Assembly: GCA_963732905.1 (NCBI GenBank)
Contig: CAVTBM010000011.1
Span: forward strand, 12,686 to 76,685
Direction of reading: 5' to 3'
Source: an uncultured Bacteroidales bacterium
GTDB lineage: Bacteria; Bacteroidota; Bacteroidia; Bacteroidales; GCA-2748055
DNA length: 64,000 nucleotides
Made by a program: the position numbers and the translations under genes. How positions within the stretch are numbered: position 1 is the stretch's first letter; every line of letters starts with the position of its first letter. Positions 33,176 through 43,268 of this stretch are shown here, piece by piece. The notes beneath the pieces were generated by a model, which was given only the letters and a program-made list of their open reading frames with translations, made no database searches and was not told the origin of the DNA.

Positions 33176-35401
33176 TCAATCCTTCAGATGTTTTCCCAAA
33201 AAGGTAATCAGCCTGTTTACAGACTTTTCGTAGTACAATCCAAGATTATGCGGGGTATCTGGAAGGATCATAACCTGATGGTCAATACCATTTGTCTCGA
33301 GGGTCCATGAAAATTCCTTGAACGCTTCGGGATGGTCTTTTTCGCCGTTAACCAGGAAGAAGCCAAAATTTTCCTTTTCCCATACCGGCAGAGCCTTATC
33401 AATTGCCTGTTCTGAGCTTTCATCATTGTTCCTGATTCCTCCTCCCATACTTCCCGCCGCACAGAAAAGTCCGGGATGCATGATGGCCAGGTAAACCGAG
33501 CCTGCCCCGCCCATGGAAAATCCGGCCAGGGCTCTGGATGAAGCCTCCGGGATGGTACGGTAATCCTTGTCGATGAGAGGTATCAGTTCGGTGGTGATCA
33601 TCTGTTCCACATCGCCCCTGTAACCACTCATACCTCCATTGGGAAATACACAAATAACGGGGGCAATGTTTCCGGCAGTGATGGCTTTGGAAACCCATTC
33701 GGAGAAGCCTCCGGCATCAGCCGATTCATTCCCCCCGGCACCATGAAGAAAATAGATGACCGGGTAATGGTTTTTGGTCTTTTTTGAATATCCCGGAGGA
33801 GTCCATACGCAATAGCCCACTTCATGCCCCATAACCTTGCTGTCGAGTACATGATGACTTAATCCCGGCATCTCTTTGATATCCGGATTAACCCATTTGA
33901 TCTCCCTCTGGCCACGTTCCGCGTTATTCTGTCCCTGCTGTGCAAAAAAGGTGGTCACGGATCCTGCCGGAGCTTCGTAGGTGAATTCTCCGTCCTTCAC
34001 TGCGAAGGATCCGATGGAAGCATACAGGTCTTTCTCATCCTCCGTAGTCCGGTATGCGTCGAAAGCCTCCGCCCTGCTTCCGCTGATCTTAATAATTACT
34101 GTTTTGGGAGTTTTCGAATTGATATTGGTTACCACAAAGGCGTCAGTTCCTCCATTGCGCCCTCTCCCAAAGGCGATCACCGGAATTTCCGTATCATTGG
34201 AGATGGTCCGGCATACCTGGGTACCAGGCTGTCCGGCACGTGTGACCTGTTTATAGAAATAATACCCCCGGCGCACCTTATAAGTACTGTCTTCGTTGAC
34301 GGTAAAAGCCGAACCCGGATTGGGATCTCCGCCTACCCATTGCACAGGGCGCTGTATACCAGCCCATGGGATGATGCCGTTAACCCTGGCCGTATAAATG
34401 TTGTCGTGCATCTCCATAATATTTTTCGCATCCATATTACTCCAGCTGGTTGAAGTTACCCAGGCGTGCAGGTCCGGCTTCTTCTCCCTGATCATCTCTG
34501 TACCAAGACAATCGTGGTCGCCAAACCACAGGCCGTAGTTCCCGTTATAAAACCCGTGAGAGGTGATCAGACCGAGATCTTTCACGGCCTCCGGATCTTC
34601 ACTGATGGCATCGGAATATCCCCAGTATGAAAAACGGTACCAGTTGCTGGTCTCTCCGGGAGTAACGCCCACATTGCCCAGACCGGCCGTCGCCAGACTG
34701 TCGTGCACGACTTTTATCATCTCCGCTACCAGCGCCGGGCTCCACCATAGATTGTAATCATGACCGCTGCCGATATTCGGATCACTGCCGTCGAGCGGCC
34801 AGCGTGTCCAGTCTTCGCCTTCGTTGTGCAGAGAGACATAGTTAATGGGTAATTGCTCCTTTTCACGTAAAAATTTAACCCATTCTGTCAGGTAATCTGC
34901 CAGGTCGCCTTTATGAGCCGGGTCCAGGTCCCTTCCCCGGATCTGTTTCTGAAGCGTCATGTATGCCGGTGGACCATAAAGGGTAGTCACGATGTCAAGG
35001 TCTCCACCCCTGCTCCTGGTTTTGGCAAGTCCCATCCTGACAAACTCACGCATATATTCCGTAGTGGTGGTATCATTGAAAGGGCCTCCTGCCTCCGTCT
35101 GGTGAAAGGGATCACAAAACATTTTGACAAGTCCCACCTTCAGTCCGTCTTCACCGAAAACCATATCAATGATCTCCGCTTTTTGTTTAGCGTTCAAAAG
35201 GCTGAACCCCCCGTATTCCTGAGGAAATGTTTTATAATCGGGAGTTTGGGCCGTCTCCACATAGTTGAAACCGAAACCGTCCCAGGGTCTTATCCGGTGG
35301 TCAAATTCGACTTTGACATTCACCCCTTTAATGACGGGGTATTGGGCATTCATATTGAAGGCCAGTAAGAAAATGGCGGGAAGCAGGATTAACTTTTTCA
35401 T
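33176..35401 (-). CDS. Secreted two-domain enzyme: N-terminal GH30-like glycosidase plus C-terminal alpha/beta-hydrolase esterase
   Basis: Signal peptide. WDGFGFNY and VSLHNEGEDW (GH30-like). C-terminal YPVIYFLHGAGGNES and GFSMGGAGS (GxSxG nucleophile elbow). Confidence 0.6.
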   Translation of the reverse strand: MKKLILLPAIFLLAFNMNAQYPVIKGVNVKVEFDHRIRPWDGFGFNYVETAQTPDYKTFPQEYGGFSLLNAKQKAEIIDMVFGEDGLKVGLVKMFCDPFHQTEAGGPFNDTTTTEYMREFVRMGLAKTRSRGGDLDIVTTLYGPPAYMTLQKQIRGRDLDPAHKGDLADYLTEWVKFLREKEQLPINYVSLHNEGEDWTRWPLDGSDPNIGSGHDYNLWWSPALVAEMIKVVHDSLATAGLGNVGVTPGETSNWYRFSYWGYSDAISEDPEAVKDLGLITSHGFYNGNYGLWFGDHDCLGTEMIREKKPDLHAWVTSTSWSNMDAKNIMEMHDNIYTARVNGIIPWAGIQRPVQWVGGDPNPGSAFTVNEDSTYKVRRGYYFYKQVTRAGQPGTQVCRTISNDTEIPVIAFGRGRNGGTDAFVVTNINSKTPKTVIIKISGSRAEAFDAYRTTEDEKDLYASIGSFAVKDGEFTYEAPAGSVTTFFAQQGQNNAERGQREIKWVNPDIKEMPGLSHHVLDSKVMGHEVGYCVWTPPGYSKKTKNHYPVIYFLHGAGGNESADAGGFSEWVSKAITAGNIAPVICVFPNGGMSGYRGDVEQMITTELIPLIDKDYRTIPEASSRALAGFSMGGAGSVYLAIMHPGLFCAAGSMGGGIRNNDESSEQAIDKALPVWEKENFGFFLVNGEKDHPEAFKEFSWTLETNGIDHQVMILPDTPHNLGLYYEKSVNRLITFLGKHLKD

Positions 35402-35746
35402 GTCCGTTTTGAATTATGATTACAATCGTTGTAAAGATATCAAATAATGCCAGGAAAATCTACCAGAAATACAGGCTGTCGACCTTTACCCTGGATACCT
35501 TATGATCAAGAGAATCCTCATGGATTCTTAGTACATGCACCGTTTGCCGAAGAAACCGTGTTCCCCGGGAAAATGACCCTGATCAGCGGCATATATTAGA
35601 TATATTAGGATCGTATTTTTATCCAGGCTCTCTTCTTTCCGAAATCTCATTTACCCTGCAAGATTTTATATTGAAAGGCCTGGAATGCAAACAATCATCA
35701 CTCGGGATGTTATCACTGAATACATCCCTGTCAACCAGGGAGTAAG

Positions 35747-38326
35747 CTATTTATCACTAAATCCCGCTAAAATGTTCTTCACCCCCTCTCCTTTGACCGA
35801 AAAAACCGCATATCCTGAATGTTCGATCGTATTGACAGAGTAATCAACAGCTTTACCATCACATTTTATGGAGCGGACCTGTTTGTTTTCCGGCAAAAGA
35901 AGTTTAATACGGGTATTTTTTGAAGTGCCTGTAAAATTCAGGCTTAAGTTATCACCCTCAAAATCATAGGCATAAGCAATATACCCGCCTGATGCCTCAT
36001 ATTTTACCGTGACCGTGGCCTTTTTTTCACCGGCAGCTTCCCAACGTGGTGCTATCAGTGCCGAATCGTAAGCCACACCCAGATCCTTGACGCCGGCCAG
36101 CCCTTCCACCAGCGCATAGGTTATGGCAGCTGCCGCCCAGTTGTCGGGAGCACCGAATGAGACTTTCGAAGGCATGAAAAACACAGGTTTATCGCTCAGT
36201 GTCATCCCTGCTACCATCCATTTCATATGCGTGTCAGCACCTTTGCATTCAAGTGAGGTTATGACTTTATCAGGAAACGGATTATTGAAGCCCGTAACAT
36301 ACATGCCGATGTCCGATTGTTCGGTGTTAGCCCCTTCCCAGGCAACTTCAAACAAATTTAATGACGCATACGTGGGCCATTCATATCTCCTGTGGGTTCT
36401 CGGAAAATGATACCATCCGACCTGGTCGTTGGTCAGGGACCGGGTATAGGATGTGCCGTCGGTGTAATGAAAAACGAGACTCCCCGCATAATACTTCCCG
36501 CTGGGTTCAGGCGAATGACTGATGGTGAAGGCAGGATCGTGCATCACATGCAGCAGGTAAACCGAAGCTGCTTTTTTGTTCACCGGTATGACGGCCTGTG
36601 AGAGATAACCGGGATCGCCGGATAAGCCAACACAAGCCTTCCCGTGGTTTTGCCGCGGGTCAATGATCCGGAACGGGATATCTTTGAAAGTCTTCTCACC
36701 TGTTGGAAACGAGGACAGGTCATCCGCTCCTTCATTGATCCACCCGGGAATGTCAGGATTTTTATTTTCACGTAGATCAGCATTGCTTACTGCCGACAAA
36801 TCCAGCGGGGTGAATGTCCTCTCAGGAACATCAGGCATGGCTCCACGGTAAACACATTTGATATTATATCCTGTGTTCACTGCCAGTTTATGGATCCTTC
36901 TCAGGATATCGACGGCATAGTCTTCATAACCGTTCTCAAAGGCTCCATGCGACAATTCCCCGGCCACGATCGGCGAAACACCCCCGTTCATATACTCCCA
37001 TTTATCCATGTGCCACCCCTTCTCATAGGGAGGATAGCACAGGTACCACTCACCGGGAGAGGATGCCGGCATTTCTTTCCTGATGTTCTGGTAGGACTGA
37101 ATGATCTTTACACACTTATCATGTGAAATTCCTTTGTTCAGCACATACGCATTCGAAAGGGTCACCTGTGTGGATTCATCTGTGCCGCCGAAATCATTTT
37201 TAAAGATGTTTTCGATGGGAATCCAGTGATCGTAGTACTTACCTGTCCAGCACATCGCATCGGTCCTTGCCCTCAAGCCTTCTCCCGTACTTTTTATTTT
37301 TGCAGCTTCTGCATTACGACCCGCATATTTCAGCATTTCGCTCAGGTAATCACATCCGACAGCTAAGCCGATATTATCGGCGTACAGGATGCCAAACTGG
37401 CTTTTATCGGGATAGGTCATCACGATCCTGTAGTCTCCAAACCTCCTGGCTTCGTCTTCCGGCAGAAAATCCCAGATATCGATGGTGTGGCCCCGTTTCA
37501 GGAGTTTGTACTGCTTCGACCACCTCATGGTATCCGAAGTGCAATAGTTTACGACTTTGATGGCATTATCGAGGCGGCTCTCCATCCATTTATCATCACC
37601 GGTAGCTTTCCAGGCATAGTACAAGCCTTCCAGGAAATGAAATTCACTCATATTCTCGATCGGAGTCCGGATGAAAAAACCGTCTGAGGGTATTTTATTG
37701 TCGGGTAAATTGAGGTACTGCTTCCCGTAACGCTGGGTATAATGCTTAATATTCTGTAAGTTCTCATGATAAAAATCGTATATCCTGCCATTGTTGGCCT
37801 GGCTGTTTGCATAAAAATCGATTCCCGGCTCCAGGTCGGCGTAGTAGTACTTCATGCCTTTCATGGTATGGATATGGTCCTGCTCCCATCCGGCAAAAGT
37901 ATTATAGATCTCGCCGTCAAAGCGGTTATATTCAGTTCCGGCATGGACCATGGTCCAGTAGGCAATATCCATCAGTTCACTGAATTCACCCTTCTCATCC
38001 TTTATGCCGGTTTTACAGTTTACATGAAAGCTTTCGGTTTTCAGCAGTTTCCCGGAATCGTCAACGTAAAACACGGTTTGTGTCCCCAGGGCCCCACCCA
38101 CCTGAAATTTCACTTCTTCCTTTACGGCCTGCCGGAAATATTCATTACCGTCCCCATCCTGAATGAAGACCGTACCTCCTGACAACGGCGCCAGTTTGAT
38201 CCATGCCAGCGGTTTGTATTCTTTCTGGTAATCTTTTATTAAAGATTGTGCCTGGATATTGATCCGTCCTGAAAAAACGATCAGGATGATGATCAGGCAT
38301 TTCACGACCAACTTTATTCTGTTCAT
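35747..38326 (-). CDS. Secreted 859-aa protein of unknown function (possible helical-barrel glycosidase)
   Basis: Signal peptide (LIIILIVFSGRINIQAQS). It sits in the glycan-degradation gene run. FHFLEGLYYAWKATGDDKWMESRLDNAIKVV looks like an (alpha/alpha)-type catalytic domain, but I cannot assign a family. Confidence 0.35.
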   Translation of the reverse strand: MNRIKLVVKCLIIILIVFSGRINIQAQSLIKDYQKEYKPLAWIKLAPLSGGTVFIQDGDGNEYFRQAVKEEVKFQVGGALGTQTVFYVDDSGKLLKTESFHVNCKTGIKDEKGEFSELMDIAYWTMVHAGTEYNRFDGEIYNTFAGWEQDHIHTMKGMKYYYADLEPGIDFYANSQANNGRIYDFYHENLQNIKHYTQRYGKQYLNLPDNKIPSDGFFIRTPIENMSEFHFLEGLYYAWKATGDDKWMESRLDNAIKVVNYCTSDTMRWSKQYKLLKRGHTIDIWDFLPEDEARRFGDYRIVMTYPDKSQFGILYADNIGLAVGCDYLSEMLKYAGRNAEAAKIKSTGEGLRARTDAMCWTGKYYDHWIPIENIFKNDFGGTDESTQVTLSNAYVLNKGISHDKCVKIIQSYQNIRKEMPASSPGEWYLCYPPYEKGWHMDKWEYMNGGVSPIVAGELSHGAFENGYEDYAVDILRRIHKLAVNTGYNIKCVYRGAMPDVPERTFTPLDLSAVSNADLRENKNPDIPGWINEGADDLSSFPTGEKTFKDIPFRIIDPRQNHGKACVGLSGDPGYLSQAVIPVNKKAASVYLLHVMHDPAFTISHSPEPSGKYYAGSLVFHYTDGTSYTRSLTNDQVGWYHFPRTHRRYEWPTYASLNLFEVAWEGANTEQSDIGMYVTGFNNPFPDKVITSLECKGADTHMKWMVAGMTLSDKPVFFMPSKVSFGAPDNWAAAAITYALVEGLAGVKDLGVAYDSALIAPRWEAAGEKKATVTVKYEASGGYIAYAYDFEGDNLSLNFTGTSKNTRIKLLLPENKQVRSIKCDGKAVDYSVNTIEHSGYAVFSVKGEGVKNILAGFSDK

Positions 38327-38505
38327 GGCACTGGATATTTAGTAACATTTATTACCTGTGTGGAATATGATAACACTTCTGTTCACCTCCCCCGCCCTGC
38401 TGCACGGTCAACATTCCGGATACACCCTTCAGTTGCAATGCCCGTTTAAAATGTCACCATTTCAATGAAGGCTTACCTGAAGGTTCGCAGGGTACATTCC
38501 TACTC

Positions 38506-39609
38506 CTACTTTTCCCCTGCCCCGGCCTTTTTCAGCAAGCCAACAATTTCCTTATGCCCGTTATCCCTGGCCCGGTCCATTGCGCTGAAACCGTCAGAAT
38601 CCCGGTAATACACATCTGCCCCTTTCTCCAGCAATTCCTTAACCTTAGGAAGATCACCTTCCCAGGAGGCTTTTAATAGTTCGGGGCCATATTTAAGACC
38701 GGTTGTATCTGTTTCAGGGTTTTGAGTACCCTCACTCACTTCTTCAGCCGGCAACTTACCATTTTCAAGGATATAACTGATCACCGGTTGTGCTGTCCTC
38801 TCAGCTATGTCAGCAGGCGTTTCTCCCTTATTATCGGTTTTTGATAAGTCAGCCCCCCGCGTAACCAGTTCGAGAACGATATCCCTGTACCCCATTTCAA
38901 CCGCATAATGTAATGGTGTTTTCCCGAATTTATCTGTCGAATTGATCTCGGCGCCTTTATCCAGCAGGAGTTTCACAACATCCGAATGCACTTCGGGCAG
39001 CCATGTGTAATAATAAAATCCCTGCAATGCAGCCCAATGCAGCGGTGTTCTGCCGTTCATGTCACGTGCTTCAACATCGGCACCGGCATGGAGGAGGTCA
39101 CGGATCCTGTTCAGGGACCAGTCCGGATCTTCACGCCAGGCTTTCATCGCATTGGCAACAGCAGCATGAAGCGGAGTCCAGCCATCCGTGGTGGTGGCAT
39201 TGATATCTGCACCGGCAGCGAGGACCATTTTAAATATGTCATATTTGGTGTAGTCCTTTAACCGGCCGGTCTTTTCGTGATTTCCGGCAAAGGTTGCTGC
39301 AGCCATATCCAAAGGTGTCCAGCCATCGTTTGCTTTCGCATTGATATCCGCACCATGGTCGATCAGCAATTTCACGGCATCCCCATCGCCGTTCAGAATG
39401 GCCGTATGAAGCCAGGTCCACCCGTTATGCATCCTTTCATTTTGTTTGCCGTCCTTAATAAGTTTTTGGACAATGGAGAAGGCACTGGTGTTACCACCGT
39501 CGGGAAGAAGCTGATAGGGCCTTTTACGGGGGAAGGGTGCATCATTGCCCCACTTCTCATTTTCTGTTCCCTCAGGAACCATCCATGACCTCGGGTAATG
39601 CAGGTTCAT
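38506..39609 (-). CDS. Ankyrin-repeat protein
   Basis: Multiple GWTPLH.A...G....V.LL...GADINA repeats. The start may be the internal ATG at 39582. It overlaps the 3' end of the upstream GH30 gene by 11-38 nt. Confidence 0.85.
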   Translation of the reverse strand: MNLHYPRSWMVPEGTENEKWGNDAPFPRKRPYQLLPDGGNTSAFSIVQKLIKDGKQNERMHNGWTWLHTAILNGDGDAVKLLIDHGADINAKANDGWTPLDMAAATFAGNHEKTGRLKDYTKYDIFKMVLAAGADINATTTDGWTPLHAAVANAMKAWREDPDWSLNRIRDLLHAGADVEARDMNGRTPLHWAALQGFYYYTWLPEVHSDVVKLLLDKGAEINSTDKFGKTPLHYAVEMGYRDIVLELVTRGADLSKTDNKGETPADIAERTAQPVISYILENGKLPAEEVSEGTQNPETDTTGLKYGPELLKASWEGDLPKVKELLEKGADVYYRDSDGFSAMDRARDNGHKEIVGLLKKAGAGEK

Positions 39610-40966
39610 TCTTCAGGGTCACCAGCCGCCGGCTTTTAGCCTGCAGGGTGATTATGCTGTGTGGCGGGACGGTAAGCATGCTACCCCTGGCCAGCTTACC
39701 CGTATGTTCACAATGAAGGGAATCTGTTGATTGGTAAATATCAAATTTATACCTGGTATTCACCAGTGTTTGTACAGCCGAATCGCTGTTGTTTATGATC
39801 ACTGAAGTCAGGGTGCCGTCATAGGGCTGATGGAATGCAGAAACTTCAAGCCTGGCATCACCTGATTCGGCTCTCACCCTTACAGCTCCAGGTCTTATAA
39901 AATGGTAAAACTGTTTGGAAGCGTAATATTTTGGGCCGGGCTTGCCGTCAATAAGAATGGAAAAGCTGCTTGCATCACCGGCAGCACCCGATAGCTGCCA
40001 GTAAATCCAGGCGCTGAAATTGCCGTAAACCAGGTAATCCTGGATATCCGTGGCCATTTTCATGGCGCCCTTCCAGTTCTGGGCATGGCCTGATGTTTCT
40101 GTCATCCAGTTCTGCCGCTGGTATTGCTGTGTTTCAGCTTCCCATTTGGTCAGATCTCCCTTCCCTCCCTGACGGTGGGTAGAAAACTCACCGTAAAAAT
40201 TCCGGGTTTCCGGGTCATTCATCGTTGGCTGAATATTATAGAGCATCCTGTCGGCAAACATCATGTCTTCAGGTATCAGGATCTTTGTACGGATGCCTTC
40301 TTTTTTAAATTTATGCATCAAAGCCCTGACGGTTTCTTTCAGAACCCAGGGATTATAAACACAGGACCTGTAGAACTCCGGGAAAAGCAGCTCGTTCTGT
40401 ACACTCACCCAGTTGAGATCGATGCCAAAATCCTTTTTCGCCAGGATGATCTGTGCGGCCATATATTCGGCAAATTCGTCCATGAGGTCGGCTCTGAGGA
40501 ATCCTCCCTGGATAGGTGCCCGGTTGGTTTTTAAAAAGTCGGGCGGCGACCAGGGAGTGCCCATGAATCTCGAAACGCCGCGTTTTTTAAATTCCTGCAT
40601 AAGCTTCATGGAACTGGCAAGTCCTTTCCTGTCGATATTGTCGCCCAGCCAGAAACCATCCCAGTTGAAATGATCCGGGTTGTCATCGTCATTGCGCCAT
40701 TCGGTATGTTCCATCAAAGGCACCCGCACGATGCTCAGCCCCAGGTCATTCACCACCAGGTCGAAAAAGGCAGGATCGGAATATTCCGGCGGGAATTCCT
40801 TATAATTCGTGATGCAGCTTCCGAAACCCTCAATGGTCTGATACTTTTTCTTAAGATCGAAGCTGATGCCGTCGCCGGCATTTGTCCGGTTAAGCTTACA
40901 TCCTGCTGAAAAGATCACCGCAACAGTGATCAGAACAGCAAACCCATAATTCAGATATTTTTTCAT
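39572..40966 (-). CDS. GH30-family glycosidase
   Basis: Lipoprotein-like signal (VIFSAGC). IEGFGSCITNY and WVSVQNELLFPEFY motifs, with a C-terminal beta-sandwich-like tail. Confidence 0.7.
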   Translation of the reverse strand: MKKYLNYGFAVLITVAVIFSAGCKLNRTNAGDGISFDLKKKYQTIEGFGSCITNYKEFPPEYSDPAFFDLVVNDLGLSIVRVPLMEHTEWRNDDDNPDHFNWDGFWLGDNIDRKGLASSMKLMQEFKKRGVSRFMGTPWSPPDFLKTNRAPIQGGFLRADLMDEFAEYMAAQIILAKKDFGIDLNWVSVQNELLFPEFYRSCVYNPWVLKETVRALMHKFKKEGIRTKILIPEDMMFADRMLYNIQPTMNDPETRNFYGEFSTHRQGGKGDLTKWEAETQQYQRQNWMTETSGHAQNWKGAMKMATDIQDYLVYGNFSAWIYWQLSGAAGDASSFSILIDGKPGPKYYASKQFYHFIRPGAVRVRAESGDARLEVSAFHQPYDGTLTSVIINNSDSAVQTLVNTRYKFDIYQSTDSLHCEHTGKLARGSMLTVPPHSIITLQAKSRRLVTLKNEPALPEVMDGS

Positions 40967-41300
40967 AATAGTGAAAAATCAGGAAGGTATAGTGTATATC
41001 TTTTGCATGATTCATACAGCTGTCCGATAGTCAAAAGAGTATTTATTACCGCAGGGAAAACCTGTGTGAATATACAAATCAATTCAGGCCGGTGCAATTT
41101 TCTTTTCTGCAAACGACCATTTTTCCAGGAAGGAACCCGCTGAGGGTGTGACCTCAGGCTCAAAGATTGATACCGGCTGTTACCGGGAGGAAAGGAGCTG
41201 GTGAATAACGCGATTACTTTACGAATGAAGTACAGACGGATCATTTATAAAACACTGTAATGTTCAACCAAAGGGCAGTGGAGGGAAGGGGAATCATTCC

Positions 41301-42002
41301 TTACGAAAAATGCCTGATCACCTCGTAGAATTTTTCCCTGTAGGGTGTGCTTACCGGGATATATTTATCATCAATCAGGATCCGGTGACGGCTGATGGAT
41401 GTAATGCCGCTAAGGGAAATAATATATGAGCGGTGTACCCTGATAAAATTCTCTTCCGGCAGCTTTTCCTCAATAGAAGACATACTCATCAGGGTGAGGA
41501 CCTGCGTTTTGCCTGTTCGTATTTTAATGTAATCCTTCACGGCTTCTACATAGAGAATGTCGTCAAACTTTATCTTCACCAGTTTATAATCCGCTCTGAC
41601 AAAAAGGAAGTCATGGTCTGAAGGATTACTCGTGTTCCTTTGCCTGATATAATCATTGGCCTTATTCACAGCTTTCAGGAATCGATCAAATTCAATGGGT
41701 TTCAGAAGATAATCCAGTACTTCCAGGTCAAATCCTTCAATGGCATATTCCCTGAAAGCGGTTGTAAGGATAACAGCGGGCTTATTCTTCAGGCTCCTGA
41801 GAAACTGTATCCCGGAAATATCCGGCATATTGATATCCAGAAACAGGAGCTGAATGTCCTGATCCTGCATGATCTGAAGGGCCTCAACGGCAGTCTCGCA
41901 ACGGCCCGCCAGCTTCAGGATCGTCACCTTGCTGATGTAATCCTGAAGAATATCGAGTGCAAGCGGTTCGTCATCAACGATGATACAATTTATGTGGTTC
42001 AT
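41301..42002 (-). CDS. LytTR-family response regulator
   Basis: Receiver (CIIVDDEPLAL...LLFLDINMPDISG) and LytTR DNA-binding domain (FIRVHRSYIISL). Confidence 0.9.
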   Translation of the reverse strand: MNHINCIIVDDEPLALDILQDYISKVTILKLAGRCETAVEALQIMQDQDIQLLFLDINMPDISGIQFLRSLKNKPAVILTTAFREYAIEGFDLEVLDYLLKPIEFDRFLKAVNKANDYIRQRNTSNPSDHDFLFVRADYKLVKIKFDDILYVEAVKDYIKIRTGKTQVLTLMSMSSIEEKLPEENFIRVHRSYIISLSGITSISRHRILIDDKYIPVSTPYREKFYEVIRHFS

Positions 42003-43174
42003 GTCTCTGTCTTCAGGTATGCAATGAAAAGGTTATCCTTCTGTGTCAAAGTAAGTTCATGCCTTCCGGGGTATATCAGCTCAAGTCTTTTCCTTACATT
42101 ATCCAGTCCGATGCCTTTATATTGTGTTTCCAGGGAAGAAGGAGAAATAAAATTCCTGACTTCAAATTCAATGGTCCTTCCTGTCACGGTCAATTTTATG
42201 GTGATCTCCGAAGGTTGCGCATAGCTGACTCCGTGTTTGAAAGCATTTTCAACGAATACAATGAACAATACCGGAGCAATCATCAGGTCCTGCTCACCCT
42301 TCTTCACCTCAAAACGGACAGGGACTTTCCCCGACAGCCTGAGCTTTTGCAGTTCCACGTAATTTTCGAGATATAAGATTTCCTCGCTCAAAGGAACCAG
42401 GTCGGCTCCTGCTTCATAAATCATATAGCGCATCATCTGAGAGAGCTTCAGTATGGCAGTCTCAGTGTATTCCGATTTCATGTGTGCAAGGGAGTACAAA
42501 GAATTGAGGGTATTGAACAGAAAATGAGGGTTAATCTGTGATTTAAGCAATGATAATTCAGCATCGAGCCGGGATTTCTGAAGGTCTTTCTGTTGCCGTT
42601 CCAGGAGGGTCCACTCTTTGGACATCCTGAAAAATCCGCCAAGCGCCAGGACGATGGCTCCCGAGGAAAGAGTTTTTCTCAAAGCAAAGGGATTCAGAAA
42701 ATGTCTTCCAAAAGGTCCACCGGGTTCCTGCAGAATATGCTGTCCGAGCCCGGAGAAGCCGGGAAGACTGTCATGTCTCATAAAATTGGCATCCGGGAGA
42801 TAAAAGCGGGGTCTTATATCGTGGAAAGGGGTGCCCTGTTCTGTCATCATCCTGAGCGGATTTCGATCCATGATGGAGAAAAGAACCTGATTTGCAAGGT
42901 ATTCGCTAAGGTAGATCGTCATGAGCATCAGGATCACCAGGCTGAAATAGATAAGATAATGGTTCCGGGCGAAATATTTAGGTATCAGGACATAGATATT
43001 CAGATAGAAAACCGCCGCCAAAACTACCCCGGTAATGGCTGGCTTCAGAATGTAAAGAGGCTCTAGGATACGTATATCCAGGGAAAGGAAGGGGTAAAAA
43101 ATAAACAGGCTCCATGCTGCAATATGAGCCAGGGGAATAAGTGTCTTTTTCAGTATTTGCCGTTTTTTTACCAA
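41999..43174 (-). CDS. LytS/YehU-type membrane sensor histidine kinase
   Basis: N-terminal TM helices, the His_kinase motif QINPHFLFNTLNSLYSL and an ATPase region. 4-nt overlap with the regulator gene. Confidence 0.85.
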   Translation of the reverse strand: MVKKRQILKKTLIPLAHIAAWSLFIFYPFLSLDIRILEPLYILKPAITGVVLAAVFYLNIYVLIPKYFARNHYLIYFSLVILMLMTIYLSEYLANQVLFSIMDRNPLRMMTEQGTPFHDIRPRFYLPDANFMRHDSLPGFSGLGQHILQEPGGPFGRHFLNPFALRKTLSSGAIVLALGGFFRMSKEWTLLERQQKDLQKSRLDAELSLLKSQINPHFLFNTLNSLYSLAHMKSEYTETAILKLSQMMRYMIYEAGADLVPLSEEILYLENYVELQKLRLSGKVPVRFEVKKGEQDLMIAPVLFIVFVENAFKHGVSYAQPSEITIKLTVTGRTIEFEVRNFISPSSLETQYKGIGLDNVRKRLELIYPGRHELTLTQKDNLFIAYLKTET

Positions 43175-43268
43175 CCGCCGGATTTATGATTTTCAGGAAT
43201 TTCCTGATCCCTGTTAAAACGCAGAGGAAACGAATTTCTTATGTTCATTTACTTCAATCCTTCCACAC

